Source: Laetmonice hystrix (lineage: Eukaryota). From it: DNA of 64,000 nt. Shown here in pieces: positions 10,558 to 24,098 of the stretch (position 1 is the first letter of the stretch; each line of letters starts with the position of its first letter). A program made the translations under genes and the position numbers. The notes below the pieces were generated by a model. It saw nothing but the letters and a program-made list of their open reading frames with translations. It made no database searches and was not told where the DNA came from. The stretch lies in contig OZ249436.1 in the NCBI GenBank assembly GCA_965235115.1, positions 248,001-312,000 of the forward strand, read 5' to 3'.

Positions 10558-11418
10558 TGTCCCAGGGGATAGAACTGTCCCAGGGGATAGAACTGTCCCA
10601 GGGGATAGAACTGTCCCAGGGGATAGAACTGTCCCAGGGGATAGAACTGTCCCAGGGGATAGAACTGTCCCAGGGGATAGGACTGTCCCAGGGGATAGAA
10701 CTGTCCCAGGGGATAGAACTGTCCCAGTGGATAGAACTGTCCCAGGGGATAGAACTGTCCCAGGGGATAGAACTGTCCCAGGGGATAGAACTGTCCCAGG
10801 GGATAGAACTGTCCCAGGGGATAGAACTGTCCCAGGGGATAGAACTGTCCCAGGGGATAGAACTGTCCCAGGGGATAGAACTGTCCCAGGGGATAGAACT
10901 GTCCCAGGGGATAGAACTGTCCCAGGGGATAGAACTGTCCCAGGGGATAGAACTGTCCCAGGGGATAGAACTGTCCCAGGGGATAGAACTGTCCCAGGGG
11001 ATAGAACTGTCCCAGGGGATAGAACTGTCCCAGGGGATAGAACTGTCCCAGGGGATAGGACTGTCCCAGGGGAGAGGACTGTCCCAGGGGAGAGGACTGT
11101 CCCAGGGGAGAGGACTGTCCCAGGGGATAGGACTGTCCCAGGGGATAGGACTGTCCCAGGGGATAGGACTGTCCCAGGGGATAGGACTGTCCCAGGGGAT
11201 AGAACTGTCCCAGGGGATAGAACTGTCCCAGGGGATAGAACTGTCCCAGGGGATAGGGACTGTCCCAGGGGATAGGGACTGTCCCAGGGGATAGAACTGT
11301 CCCAGGGGATAGGACTGTCCCAGGGGATAGGACTGTCCCAGGGGATAGGACTGTCCCAGGGGATAGGACTGTCCCAGTGGATAGAACTGTCCCAGTGGAT
11401 AGGACTGTCCCAGGGGAA
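10558..11418. repeat. 18-bp minisatellite, ~48 copies
   Basis: Unit GTCCCAGGGGATAGRACT. Confidence 0.95.
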
Positions 11419-11785
11419 AGGACTGATCACAGATTGAGATGTGAGAAGGAATGCCAACTGATCACAAGGACCAGTAAATATCTGCAGTCACCAGCCATTC
11501 TGGCAGCGTCACGCGAACCGAATCAGTGCGTGAATAGATGTATTGATTAAACTAGATTAAACCGATCAGAAATTTCGCATCTCTCGTGACAGCAACCGTG
11601 TGTTAATTAAGGCACTTTGTTCCATGTTTTTTATTGTCTATAAATTCTTTATAACAACAGAATGTTGAACGAAGTAACCTGACTGAAATTGAATTTTGTC
11701 GACGAATGTAGAGGTAGAAAGCAGTAATAATTAAATAAGTTAACATTGCAAGGTTATATTTAGATATCAATGATTTTCAATTCTT

Positions 11786-13199
11786 CCATACTGAGTGACG
11801 CCGACTCCCCTAGCGGCGGGGGAGGGGTGTCGGTGGCCGAGTGGCTATAGGTGCTAGCTGTGTACCTGACCCATACTGAGTGACGCCGACTCCCCTAGCG
11901 GCGGGGGGGGGGGTGTCGGTGGCCGAGTGGCTATAGGTGCTAGCTGTGTACCTGACCCATACTGAGTGACGCCGACTTCCCTAGCGGCAGGGGAGGGGTG
12001 TCGGTGGCCGAGTGGCTATAGGTGCTAGCTGTGTACCTGACCCATACTGAGTGACGCCGACTTCCCTAGCGGCGGGGGAGGGGTGTCGGTGGCCGAGTGG
12101 CTATAGGTGCTAGCTGTGTACCTGACCCATACTGAGTGACGCCGACTTCCCTAGCGGCGGGGGAGGGGTGTCGGTGGCCGAGTGGCTATAGGTGCTAGCT
12201 GTGTACCTGACCCATACTGAGTGACGCCGACTCCCCTAGCGGCGGGGGGGGGGGGTGTCGGTGGCTGAGTGGCTATAGGTGCTAGCTGTGTACCTGACCC
12301 ATACTGAGTGACGCCGACTCCCCTAGCGGCGGGGGGGGGGGGGGGGTGTCGGTGGCCGAGTGGCTATAGGTGCTAGCTGTGTACCTGACCCATACTGAGT
12401 GACGCCGACTTCCCTAGCGGCGGGGGGGGGGGGGTGTCGGTGGCCGAGTGGCTATAGGTGCTAGCTGTGTACCTGACCCATACTGAGTGACGCCGACTTC
12501 CCTAGCGGCGGGGGGGGGGGGGTGTCGGTGGCCGAGTGGCTATAGGTGCTAGCTGTGTACCTGACCCATACTGAGTGACGCCGACTTCCCTAGCGGCGGG
12601 GGAGGGGTGTCGGTGGCCGAGTGGCTATAGGTGCTAGCTGTGTACCTGACCCATACTGAGTGACGCCGACTTCCCTAGCGGCGGGGGGGGGGGGGGGTGT
12701 CGGTGGCCGAGTGGCTATAGGTGCTAGCTGTGTACCTGACCCATACTGAGTGACGCCGACTTCCCTAGCGGCGGGGAGGGGTGTCGGTGGCCGAGTGGCT
12801 ATAGGTGCTAGCTGTGTACCTGACCCATACTGAGTGACGCCGACTCCCCTAGCGGCAGGGGAGGGGTGTCGGTGGCCGAGTGGCTATAGGTGCTAGCTGT
12901 GTACCTGACCCATACTGAGTGACGCCGACTCCCCTAGCGGCAGGGGAGGGGTGTCGGTGGCCGAGTGGCTATAGGTGCTAGCTGTGTACCTGACCCATAC
13001 TGAGTGACGCCGACTTCCCTAGCGGCGGGGGAGCGGTGTCGGTGGCCGAGTGGCTATAGGTGCTAGCTGTGTACCTGACCCATACTGAGTGACGCCGACT
13101 CCCCTAGCGGCGGGGAGGGGGGAGGGGTGTCGGTGGCCGAGTGGCTATAGGTGCTAGCTGTGTACCTGACCCATACTGAGTGACGCCGACTTCCCTAGC
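11786..13199. repeat. ~85-bp minisatellite, 16 full copies, containing a tRNA/SINE A-box head
   Basis: Unit includes GGGGTGTCGGTGGCCGAGTGGCTATAGGTGC and a variable poly-G tract. Confidence 0.95.
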
Positions 13200-14130
13200 C
13201 CTGGCCAACATGACGTAGACCCACCATAGTTGACAATTCTCCGTATAAATAATAGCTTTCAGCCACCATTTCATGCGTTGGAGGGTATTGCGACGAATTT
13301 CTGTTCGTTTAAGCGCCCGGTAAGAGATTTTTCACTACGTTGTCGATCGACCAAATTGGCATGTCTGGCCCCGTCCAACCACCAGTGCACGCCCGTCGGG
13401 AGCCCGTTGGGGCCCGGGATAAAATAGGTTCCTTTCATTTCATGGTCTTTTAACCCTGTTTTCGCCGTGAATATGGCCCCGGATGCCGACACGGCGGAAA
13501 ATCACCACTACACACACACACCGTGCTGCCCCGTTGTTGACTTGACCACCTGACTCGGGTGTCGGGTGAGGCATGGAGCCTGGGACAGGGCACGCATGGG
13601 ACATGAAGTCATGTAATCGACATGGGCCGAGATAACCATGGTCCGAGTTCACCAGTAACCATTATTGTACATAGTGTCCGTGAAGATGGTTGACCAACAC
13701 AGTGATGGGGGAATGGGGTAGGCTCTAGGGACGCCATTTTTTAAGGTCTCACGGCAGTGAATTTCGGCAAGATGGACGCAGTGAGCAAACGGGCAACTGT
13801 CAGTTTCTATCGGGGATTACTTTTAACACACAGACTTTGTGGGAATTAGATGGTGGCAGGTAAAAGGCACTATACCATGGTTATCCATGGGCCCTATTGC
13901 TAGTGGCGGTTTCGGATCGCTTTAAATAAACCTTGTCGTATGTAATATCATAGTTCATGCCAAAATAGAATCTCAGGAGATGTGGTTATTTATCTCCATT
14001 ATTATGTTCTGATTGGAGGCATAATGCTGGATATCTCCCGGCGGGCACGTTTGGTGTCTGTTTAAACACTCCACCTTGAAAAACAGCCAGAGAGTTTCAA
14101 TTAAACTCCGGTCACTGACCCCGGGTGGCC

Positions 14131-14430
14131 CGGTCTGCCGACCCCCGCCCGCACGGTCTGCCGGCCCCCGTCCGCACGGTCTGCCGGCCCCCGCCCTGCC
14201 TGTCTGCCGACCCCCGCCCGCACGGTCTGCCGACCCCCGCCCTGCCTGTCTGCCGACCCCCGCCCGCACGGTCTGCCGACCCCCGCCCTCCCTGTCTGCC
14301 GACCCCCGCCCTCCCTGTCTGCCGACCCCCGCCCGCCCTGTCTGCCGACCCCCGCCCGCACGGTCTGCCGACCCCCGCCCGCACGGTCTGCCGGCCCCCG
14401 CCCGCACGGTCTGCCGCCCCCCGCCCGGTC
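14131..14430. repeat. ~23-bp GC-rich minisatellite, ~13 copies
   Basis: Unit GGTCTGCCGACCCCCGCCCGCAC. Confidence 0.9.
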
Positions 14431-14444
14431 TTTCTGAGCCCGCC

Positions 14445-15394
14445 CGCCCCGGTCCCGGCAGACAGCTGCCCCGGTCCCGCCAGACAACTGCCCCGGTCCC
14501 GCCAGACAACTGCCCCGGTCCCGCCAGACAACTGCCCCGGTCCCGGCAGACAACTGCCCCGGTCCCGGCAGACAGCTGCCCCGGTCCCGCCAGACAACTG
14601 CCCCGGTCCCGGCACACAGCTGCCCCGGTCCCGACAGACAACTGCCCCGGTCCCGGCAGACAACTGCCCCGGTCCCGGCAGACAACTGCCCCGGTCCCGG
14701 CAGACAGCTGCCCCGGTCCCGCCAGACAACTGCCCCGGTCCCGAAAGACAACTGCCCCGGTCCCGAAAGACAGCTGCCCCGGTCCCGACAGACAGCCGCC
14801 CCGGTCCCGACAGACAACTGCCCCGGTCCCGGCAGACAACTGCCCCGGTCCCGGCAGACAGCTGCCCCGGTCCCGCCAGACAACTGCCCCGGTCCCGACA
14901 GACAACTGCCCCGGTCCCGGCAGACAACTGCCCCGGTCCCGACAGACAACTGCCCCGGTCTCGGCAGACAGCTGCCCCGGTCCCGCCAGACAACTGCCCC
15001 GGTCCCGGCAGACAACTGCCTCGGTCCCGGCAGACAACTGCCCCGGTCCCGAAAGACAGCTGCCCCGGTCCCGACAGACAGCCGCCCCGGTCCCGACAGA
15101 CAACTGCCCCGGTCCCGGCAGACAACTGCCCCGGTCCCGGCAGACAGCTGCCCCGGTCCCGCCAGACAACTGCCCCGGTCCCGACAGACAACTGCCCCGG
15201 TCCCGGCAGACAACTGCCCCGGTCCCGACAGACAACTGCCCCGGTCTCGGCAGACAGCTGCCCCGGTCCCGCCAGACAACTGCCCCGGTCCCGGCAGACA
15301 ACTGCCTCGGTCCCGGCAGACAACTGCCCCGGTCCCGGCAGACAACTGCCCCGGTCCCGACAGACAGCTGCCCCGGTCCCGACAGACAGCTGCC
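14445..15394. repeat. 22-bp GC-rich minisatellite, ~43 copies
   Basis: Unit CTGCCCCGGTCCCGGCAGACAR. Confidence 0.95.
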
Positions 15395-15630
15395 GAAGCC
15401 AGTCCGTGCCGACAACGTCCACTTCCTGATCTAGACGGGTCTATATGAAATGGTCGGCTTCTGTAGCTGGAGGTTTCTGGATACTGGAGTTTGGCCAGAC
15501 AATCTCCAACTGACTTCCTCCAGCACGGCGTCATATGTACACCGACAAAGGCTTAATGGAGCAGAGAGATCAGCGTCCACCAGCTTATCTCCTGGTTCTG
15601 TGTCACTCGCCTGATTCACCTGACACTGGG

Positions 15631-16309
15631 GATTGGCCGTACAGGAGGAGACGGCATGGCTCCTCCAGAGATTGGCCGTACAGGAGGAGACGGCATGGCT
15701 CCTCCAGAGATTGGCCGTACAGGAGGAGACGGCATGGCTCCTCCAGAGATTGGCCGTACAGGAGGAGACGGCATGGCTCCTTGCGCCTCCAGAGATTGGC
15801 CGTACAGGAAGAGACGGCATGGCTCCCAGCTACTCCAGAGATTGGCCGTACAGGAGGAGACGGCATGGCTCCTCCAGAGATTGGCCGTACAGGAGGAGAC
15901 GGCATGGCTCCTCCAGAGATTGGCCATACAGGAGGAGACGGCATGGCTCCTCCAGAGATTGGCCGTACAGGAGGAGACGGCATGGCTACTCCAGAGATTG
16001 GCCATACAGGAGGAGACGGCATGGCTACTCCAGAGATTGGCCGTACAGGAGGAGACGGCATGGCTCCCAGCGCCTCCAGAGATTGGCCATACAGGAGGAG
16101 ACGGCATGGCTCCCAGCGCCTCCAGAGATTGGCCATACAGGAGGAGACGGCATGGCTCCTAGCGCCTCCAGAGATTGGCCATACAGGAGGAGACGGCATG
16201 GCTCCCAGCGCCTCCAGAGATTGGCCGTACAGGAGGAGACGGCATGGCTCCTAGCGCCTCCAGAGATTGGCCATACAGGAGGAGACGGCATGGCTCCTAG
16301 CGCCTCCAG
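15631..16309. repeat. 39/46-bp minisatellite, ~16 copies
   Basis: Unit GATTGGCCRTACAGGAGGAGACGGCATGGCTCCTCCAGA, with or without a 7-bp insertion. Confidence 0.95.
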
Positions 16310-16749
16310 TCATGGCGACCTATATAGTCGGTGGGATCGAGTCTGAAAGGGTTCGATTGGATCGTGATTCTCATGCCCAACCTTTGGAGCGGAGACCGTG
16401 GTGGACTAACAAGAGCTGTGAGGCCAGGGTGCATATAGAGAATGAAATGTACACTGGTTGGGTCATGGATGGAGTCTGACAGTAGTGACAGACTACGGTA
16501 GTCTACGGCCGGGGACATGGCGTGCACTGCCACTGTCAAAGCGTCGGGCTACCGTTCAGCTAGCACACCCAGGCATATCTTCACGAAGGATCAGCACCAA
16601 GTCAGTGGTGTGGTTACACCTGCTGATCGGTCTCCTAGTACTATGACACGGATAATCTTACGGATAATCTTACTCGCAGCTCTCAGTCTAGACTCTGTGA
16701 CTACCTTGTATCCTCACCCGATCTGACAGCTGGTCGAAACTCGCGGCTC

Positions 16750-16840
16750 TGGCGACGTCACACTTCCGGGTGACCTGACTGTTTTTGATTGGCTGAATCA
16801 ATCTCCCATGTGATAATGTGATGTAAAATGGCGCCGAGTT
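16750..16840. promoter_or_regulatory. Candidate promoter/enhancer motif cluster (CRE-like, ETS, CCAAT, YY1)
   Basis: GACGTCA 16754, CACTTCCGGG 16761, TGATTGGCTG 16786, AAAATGGCG 16825, all within 90 bp. Confidence 0.35.
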
Positions 16841-17174
16841 CAATTCTCGGCTAGAGGTACGGTACTCGTAGTTTAAGGTTGGCATTCTCGTTTATGTAAA
16901 ACCTATTGACCTGCATTTATTGCTGATGTTATTCTTTATTGTATAAGGCATATGGGAAGGTATAAGGTAGCTGGATTGTTGCATTTGGCTTTAAGGCGAA
17001 TTCATGATTCCCTTTGTTGTAAAAAAATCTTTAATAAACATTTCTGAGTGTAAGAATAAAAAATATCCAATTTTAAGACAGAAAGTTGAAAGGGACTAAA
17101 GTTTCATAGTACACCGGCGAGAGCTCCAACTCGTACCAGTACCACGTGGTACTGTATGACCAGGTATAGAGCCA

Positions 17175-17528
17175 GCCACACCTCTCACCCAGTCCCTCAG
17201 TGCTACCACAGATACTGAGGTCTGAGAGGTGTAGCAACAACTTATTACATACACCTCTCACCCAGTCCCTCAGTGCTACCACAGATACTGAGGTCTGAGA
17301 GGTGTAGCAACAACTTATTACATACACCTCTCACCCAGTCCCTCAGTGCTACCACAGATACTGAGGTAGCAACAACTTATTACATACACCTCTCACCCAG
17401 TCCCTCAGTGCTACCACAGATACTGAGGTAGCAACAACTTATTACATACACCTCTCACCCAGTCCCTCAGTGCTACCACAGATACTGAGGTCTGAGAGGT
17501 GTGGCAGCCACTAATAACTTCTTACATA
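17175..17528. repeat. 73/62-bp hairpin-rich minisatellite, ~5 copies
   Basis: Unit ACACCTCTCACCCAGTCCCTCAGTGCTACCACAGATACTGAGG(TCTGAGAGGTG)TAGCAACAACTTATTACAT. Confidence 0.9.
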
Positions 17529-17784
17529 GACTTCCGACCTGGGCCATTGCCAGCGAGTTATCACCAGCTCTCGTGTCCCTGCAGGGGTCGAGAGGCGAGG
17601 ACCATCGAGATATCGGATGAGGGGAGGATGAGATGGAGCTAGGAGTAAAGTTGAAAGAATATCAAAGGCTGTTTTAAAGGACCAGTGTCTGCATCAAAGG
17701 CTGTATTAAAGGAGCAATGTCGGCATCAGAGACCAAGGAGTCGGTATAAACGACCAAGGATATAGCAATAGTGGCTTTGATCTA

Positions 17785-20462
17785 CTCGTCAGGTAAAGAT
17801 GTGATAAGTAGTGGGGTGATGGACAGAGTCAGGGATACGGTCAGATCTCGTCAGGTAGAGATGTGATAAGTAGTGGGGTGATGGACAGAGTCAGGGATAC
17901 GGTCAGATCTCGTCAGGTAGAGATGTGATAAGTAGTGGGGTGATGGACAGAGTCAGGGATACGGTCAGATCTCGTCAGGTAGAGATGTGATAAGTAGTGG
18001 GGTGATGGACAGAGTCAGGGATACGGTCAGATCTCGTCAGGTAGAGATGTGATAAGTAGTGGTAGTGGTAGTGATGGACAGAGTCAGGGATACGGTCAGA
18101 TCTCGTCAGGTAAAGATGTGATAAGTAGTGGGGTGATGGACAGAGTCAGGGATACGGTCAGATCTCGTCAGGTAGAGATGTGATAAGTAGTGGTAGTGAT
18201 GGACAGAGTCAGGGATACGGTCAGATCTCGTCAGGTAAAGATGTGATAAGTAGTGGGGTGATGGACAGAGTCAGGGATACGGTCAGATCTCGTCAGGTAG
18301 AGATGTGATAAGTAGTGGGGTGATGGACAGAGTCAGGGATACGGTCAGATCTCGTCAGGTAAAGATGTGATAAGTAGTGGGGTGATGGACAGAGTCAGGG
18401 ATACGGTCAGATCTCGTCAGGTAGAGATGTGATAAGTAGTGGGGTGATGGACAGAGTCAGGGATACGGTCAGATCTCGTCAGGTAGAGATGTGATAAGTA
18501 GTGGGGTGATGGACAGAGTCAGGGATACGGTCAGATCTCGTCAGGTAAAGATGTGATAAGTAGTGGGGTGATGGACAGAGTCAGGGATACGGTCAGATCT
18601 CGTCAGGTAGAGATGTGATAAGTAGTGGGGTGATGGACAGAGTCAGGGATACGGTCAGATCTCGTCAGGTAGAGATGTGATAAGTAGTGGGGTGATGGAC
18701 AGAGTCAGGGATACGGTCAGATCTCGTCAGGTAAAGATGTGATAAGTAGTGGGGTGATGGACAGAGTCAGGGATACGGTCAGATCTCGTCAGGTAGAGAT
18801 GTGATAAGTAGTGGGGTGATGGACAGAGTCAGGGATACGGTCAGATCTCGTCAGGTAGAGATGTGATAAGTAGTGGGGTGATGGACAGAGTCAGGGATAC
18901 GGTCAGATCTCGTCAGGTAAAGATGTGATAAGTAGTGGGGTGATGGACAGAGTCAGGGATACGGTCAGATCTCGTCAGGTAGAGATGTGATAAGTAGTGG
19001 GGTGATGGACAGAGTCAGGGATACGGACAGATCTCGTCAGGTAAAGATGTGATAAGTAGTGGGGTGATGGACAGAGTCAGGGATACGGTCAGATCTCGTC
19101 AGGTAAAGATGTGATAAGTAGTGGGGTGATGGACAGAGTCAGGGATACGGTCAGATCTCGTCAGGTAAAGATGTGATAAGTAGTGGGGTGATGGACAGAG
19201 TCAGGGATACGGTCAGATCTCGTCAGGTAAAGATGTGATAAGTAGTGGGGTGATGGACAGAGTCAGGGATACGGTCAGATCTCGTCAGGTAAAGATGTGA
19301 TAAGTAGTGGGGTGATGGACAGAGTCAGGGATACGGTCAGATCTCGTCAGGTAGAGATGTGATAAGTAGTGGGGTGATGGACAGAGTCAGGGATACGGTC
19401 AGATCTCGTCAGGTAAAGATGTGATAAGTAGTGGGGTGATGGACAGAGTCAGGGATACGGTCAGATCTCGTCAGGTAAAGATGTGATAAGTAGTGGGATG
19501 ATGGACAGAGTCAGGGATACGGTCAGATCTCGTCAGGTAGAGATGTGATAAGTAGTGGGGTGATGGACAGAGTCAGGGATACGGTCAGATCTCGTCAGGT
19601 AGAGATGTGATAAGTAGTGGGGTGATGGACAGAGTCAGGGATACGGTCAGATCTCGTCAGGTAAAGATGTGATAAGTAGTGGGATGATGGACAGAGTCAG
19701 GGATACGGTCAGATCTCGTCAGGTAGAGATGTGATAAGTAGTGGGGTGATGGACAGAGTCAGGGATACGGTCAGATCTCGTCAGGTAAAGATGTGATAAG
19801 TAGTGGGGTGATGGACAGAGTCAGGGATACGGTCAGATCTCGTCAGGTAAAGATGTGATAAGTAGTGGGGTGATGGACAGAGTCAGGGATACGGTCAGAT
19901 CTCGTCAGGTAGAGATGTGATAAGTAGTGGGGTGATGGACAGAGTCAGGGATACGGTCAGATCTCGTCAGGTAAAGATGTGATAAGTAGTGGGATGATGG
20001 ACAGAGTCAGGGATACGGTCAGATCTCGTCAGGTAAAGATGTGATAAGTAGTGGGGTGATGGACAGAGTCAGGGATACGGTCAGATCTCGTCAGGTAAAG
20101 AAAGATGTGATAAGTAGTGGGGTGATGGACAGAGTCAGGGATACGGTCAGATCTCGTCAGGTAGAGATGTGATAAGTAGTGGGGTGATGGACAGAGTCAG
20201 GGATACGGTCAGATCTCGTCAGGTAAAGATGTGATAAGTAGTGGGGTGATGGACAGAGTCAGGGATACGGTCAGATCTCGTCAGGTAGAGATGTGATAAG
20301 TAGTGGGATGATGGACAGAGTCAGGGATACGGTCAGATCTCGTCAGGTAAAGATGTGATAAGTAGTGGGGTGATGGACAGAGTCAGGGATACGGTCAGAT
20401 CTCGTCAGGTAAAGATGTGATAAGTAGTGGGGTGATGGACAGAGTCAGGGATACGGTCAGAT
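17785..20462. repeat. 62-bp minisatellite, ~43 copies
   Basis: Unit CTCGTCAGGTARAGATGTGATAAGTAGTGGGGTGATGGACAGAGTCAGGGATACGGTCAGAT. Confidence 0.97.
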
Positions 20463-20477
20463 GTGTGTACATATCGC

Positions 20478-21731
20478 GGGACTGGGTGACCGGTGTGGCG
20501 GTACCATCCCCCCTTCACACACACTGTGCTGGTCACCGTCCCCCTATAACACACAGTGCTACCACAGATACTGAGGTCTCTCTGAGGTCGAGTCAGACGT
20601 ACTGAGGGACTGGGTGACCGGTGTGGCGGTACCATCCCCCCTTCACACACACTGTGCTGGTCACCGTCCCCCTATAACACACAGTGCTACCACAGATACT
20701 GAGGTCTCTCTGAGGTCGAGTCAGACGTACTGAGGGACTGGGTGACCGGTGTGGCGGTACCATCCCCCCTTCACACACACTGTGCTGGTCACCGTCCCCC
20801 TATAACACACAGTGCTACCACAGATACTGAGGTCTCTCTGAGGTCGAGTCAGACGTACTGAGGGACTGGGTGACCGGTGTGGCGGTACCATCCCCCCTTC
20901 ACACACACTGTGCTGGTCACCGTCCCCCTATAACACACAGTGCTACCACAGATACTGAAGTCTCTCTGAGGTCGAGTCAGACGTACTGAGGGACTGGGTG
21001 ACAGGTGTGGCGGTACCATCCCCCCTTCACACACACTGTGCTGGTCACAGTCCCCCTATAACACACAGTGCTACCACAGATACTGAGGTCTCTCTGAGGT
21101 CGAGTCAGACGTACTGAGGGACTGGGTGACCGGTGTGGCGGTACCATCCCCCCTTCACACACACTGTGCTGGTCACCGTCCCCCTATAACACACAGTGCT
21201 ACCACAGATACTGAGGTCTCTCTGAGGTCGAGTCAGACGTACTGAGGGACTGGGTGACAGGTGTGGCGGTACCATCCCCCCCCTTCACACACACTGTGCT
21301 GGTCCCCCTATAACACACAGTGCTACCACAGATACTGAGGTCTCTCTGAGGTCGAGTCAGACGTACTGAGGGACTGGGTGACCGGTGTGGCGGTACCATC
21401 CCCCTTCACACACACTGTGCTGGTCACCGTCCCCCTATAACACACAGTGCTACCACAGATACTGAAGTCTCTCTGAGGTCGAGTCAGACGTACTGAGGGA
21501 CTGGGTGACCGGTGTGGCGGTACCATCACCCCTTCACACACACTGTGCTGGTCACCGTCCCCCTAGAACACAGTGCTACCACAGATACTGAAGTCTCTCT
21601 GAGGTCGAGTCAGACGTACTGAGGGACTGGGTGACCGGTGTGGCGGTACCATCCCCCCTTCACACACACTGTGCTGGTCACCGTCCCCCTATAACACACA
21701 GTGCTACCACAGATACTGAGGTCTCTCTGAG
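20478..21731. repeat. 128-bp tandem repeat, ~10 copies
   Basis: 128-bp period, also visible in ORF-track spacing; unit contains GGGACTGGGTGACCGGTGTGGCGGTACC and CAGTGCTACCACAGATACTGAGGTCT. Confidence 0.95.
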
Positions 21732-21876
21732 AACAGACTGAACAATGGATGTCGGAACCTTAGATGCTGACAGCGACATGTGGCACTACGTTGATTTGTT
21801 GCCACCTCCTCCCAAAATTTCATATTTTATTATATTTAGGAATATAAATTGCATCCAAGTGATTTAGATGAATTTT

Positions 21877-24098
21877 TTATTGCACTAAACGGTGGCTATA
21901 AGTCATTGGGGGGATTACGTATACATTATTGCACTAAACGGTGGCTATAAGTCATTGGGGGGGATTACGTATACATTATTGCACTAAACGGTGGCTATAA
22001 GTCATTGGGGGGATTACGTATACATTATTGCACTAAACGGTGGCTATAAGTCATTGGGGGGGATTACGTATACATTATTGCACTAAACGGTGGCTATAAG
22101 TCATTGGGGGGGATTACGTATACATTATTGCACTAAACGGTGGCTATAAGTCATTGGGGGGATTACGTATACATTATTGCACTAAACGGTGGCTATAAGT
22201 CATTGGGGGGGATTACGTATACATTATTGCACTAAACGGTGGCTATAAGTCATTGGGGGGATTACGTATACATTATTGCACTAAACGGTGGCTATACGTC
22301 ATTGGGGGGATTACGTATACATTATTGCACTAAACGGTGGCTATAAGTCATTGGGGGGGATTACGTATACATTATTGCACTAAACGGTGGCTATAAGTCA
22401 TTGGGGGGATTACGTATACATTATTGCACTAAACGGTGGCTATAAGTCATTGGGGGGGATTACGTATACATTATTGCACTAAACGGTGGCTATAAGTCAT
22501 TGGGGGGGATTACGTATACATTATTGCACTAAACGGTGGCTATAAGTCATTGGGGGGGATTACGTATACATTATTGCACTAAACGGTGGCTATAAGTCAT
22601 TGGGGGGATTACGTATACATTATTGCACTAAACGGTGGCTATAAGTCATTGGGGGGGATTACGTATACATTATTGCACTAAACGGTGGCTATAAGTCATT
22701 GGGGGGATTACGTATACATTATTGCACTAAACGGTGGCTATAAGTCATTGGGGGGATTACGTATACATTATTGCACTAAACGGTGGCTATAAGTCATTGG
22801 GGGGATTACGTATACATTATTGCACTAAACGGTGGCTATAAGTCATTGGGGGGATTACGTATACATTATTGCACTAAACGGTGGCTATAAGTCATTGGGG
22901 GGATTACGTATACATTATTGCACTAAACGGTGGCTATAAGTCATTGGGGGGATTACGTATACATTATTGCACTAAACGGTGGCTATAAGTCATTGGGGGG
23001 ATTACGTATACATTATTGCACTAAACGGTGGCTATAAGTCATTGGGGGGATTACGTATACATTATTGCACTAAACGGTGGCTATAAGTCATTGGGGGGGG
23101 ATTACGTATACATTATTGCACTAAACGGTGGCTATAAGTCATTGGGGGGGATTACGTATACATTATTGCACTAAACGGTGGCTATAAGTCATTGGGGGGA
23201 TTACGTATACATTATTGCACTAAACGGTGGCTATAAGTCATTGGGGGGATTACGTATACATTATTGCACTAAACGGTGGCTATAAGTCATTGGGGGGATT
23301 ACGTATACATTATTGCACTAAACGGTGGCTATAAGTCATTGGGGGGATTACGTATACATTATTGCACTAAACGGTGGCTATAAGTCATTGGGGGGATTAC
23401 GTATACATTATTGCACTAAACGGTGGCTATAAGTCATTGGGGGGATTACGTATACATTATTGCACTAAACGGTGGCTATAAGTCATTGGGGGGGATTACG
23501 TATACATTATTGCACTAAACGGTGGCTATAAGTCATTGGGGGGATTACGTATACATTATTGCACTAAACGGTGGCTATAAGTCATTGGGGGGATTACGTA
23601 TACATTATTGCACTAAACGGTGGCTATAAGTCATTGGGGGGGATTACGTATACATTATTGCACTAAACGGTGGCTATAAGTCATTGGGGGGATTACGTAT
23701 ACATTATTGCACTAAACGGTGGCTATAAGTCATTGGGGGGGATTACGTATACATTATTGCACTAAACGGTGGCTATAAGTCATTGGGGGGGATTACGTAT
23801 ACATTATTGCACTAAACGGTGGCTATAAGTCATTGGGGGGATTACGTATACATTATTGCACTAAACGGTGGCTATAAGTCATTGGGGGGATTACGTATAC
23901 ATTATTGCACTAAACGGTGGCTATAAGTCATTGGGGGGATTACGTATACATTATTGCACTAAACGGTGGCTATAAGTCATTGGGGGGATTACGTATACAT
24001 TATTGCACTAAACGGTGGCTATAAGTCATTGGGGGGATTACGTATACATTATTGCACTAAACGGTGGCTATAAGTCATTGGGTGTATTACGTATACAT
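21877..24098. repeat. 49-50-bp minisatellite, ~45 copies
   Basis: Unit ATTATTGCACTAAACGGTGGCTATAAGTCATT(G6-8)ATTACGTATAC. Confidence 0.97.

Noticed and set aside
5792..11457. Repetitive ORFs (11-, 22- and 6-aa repeats)
   Set aside because: Units are multiples of 3 and open on both strands; variation shows no codon-position bias that I can see.
13263..13319. Possible plus-strand micro-exon (tttcag|...|gtaaga)
   Set aside because: No recognisable peptide and no partner exons.
13973..16346. Overlapping 400+ aa Pro/Gly/Arg ORFs on both strands
   Set aside because: GC-rich tandem repeats open in most frames.
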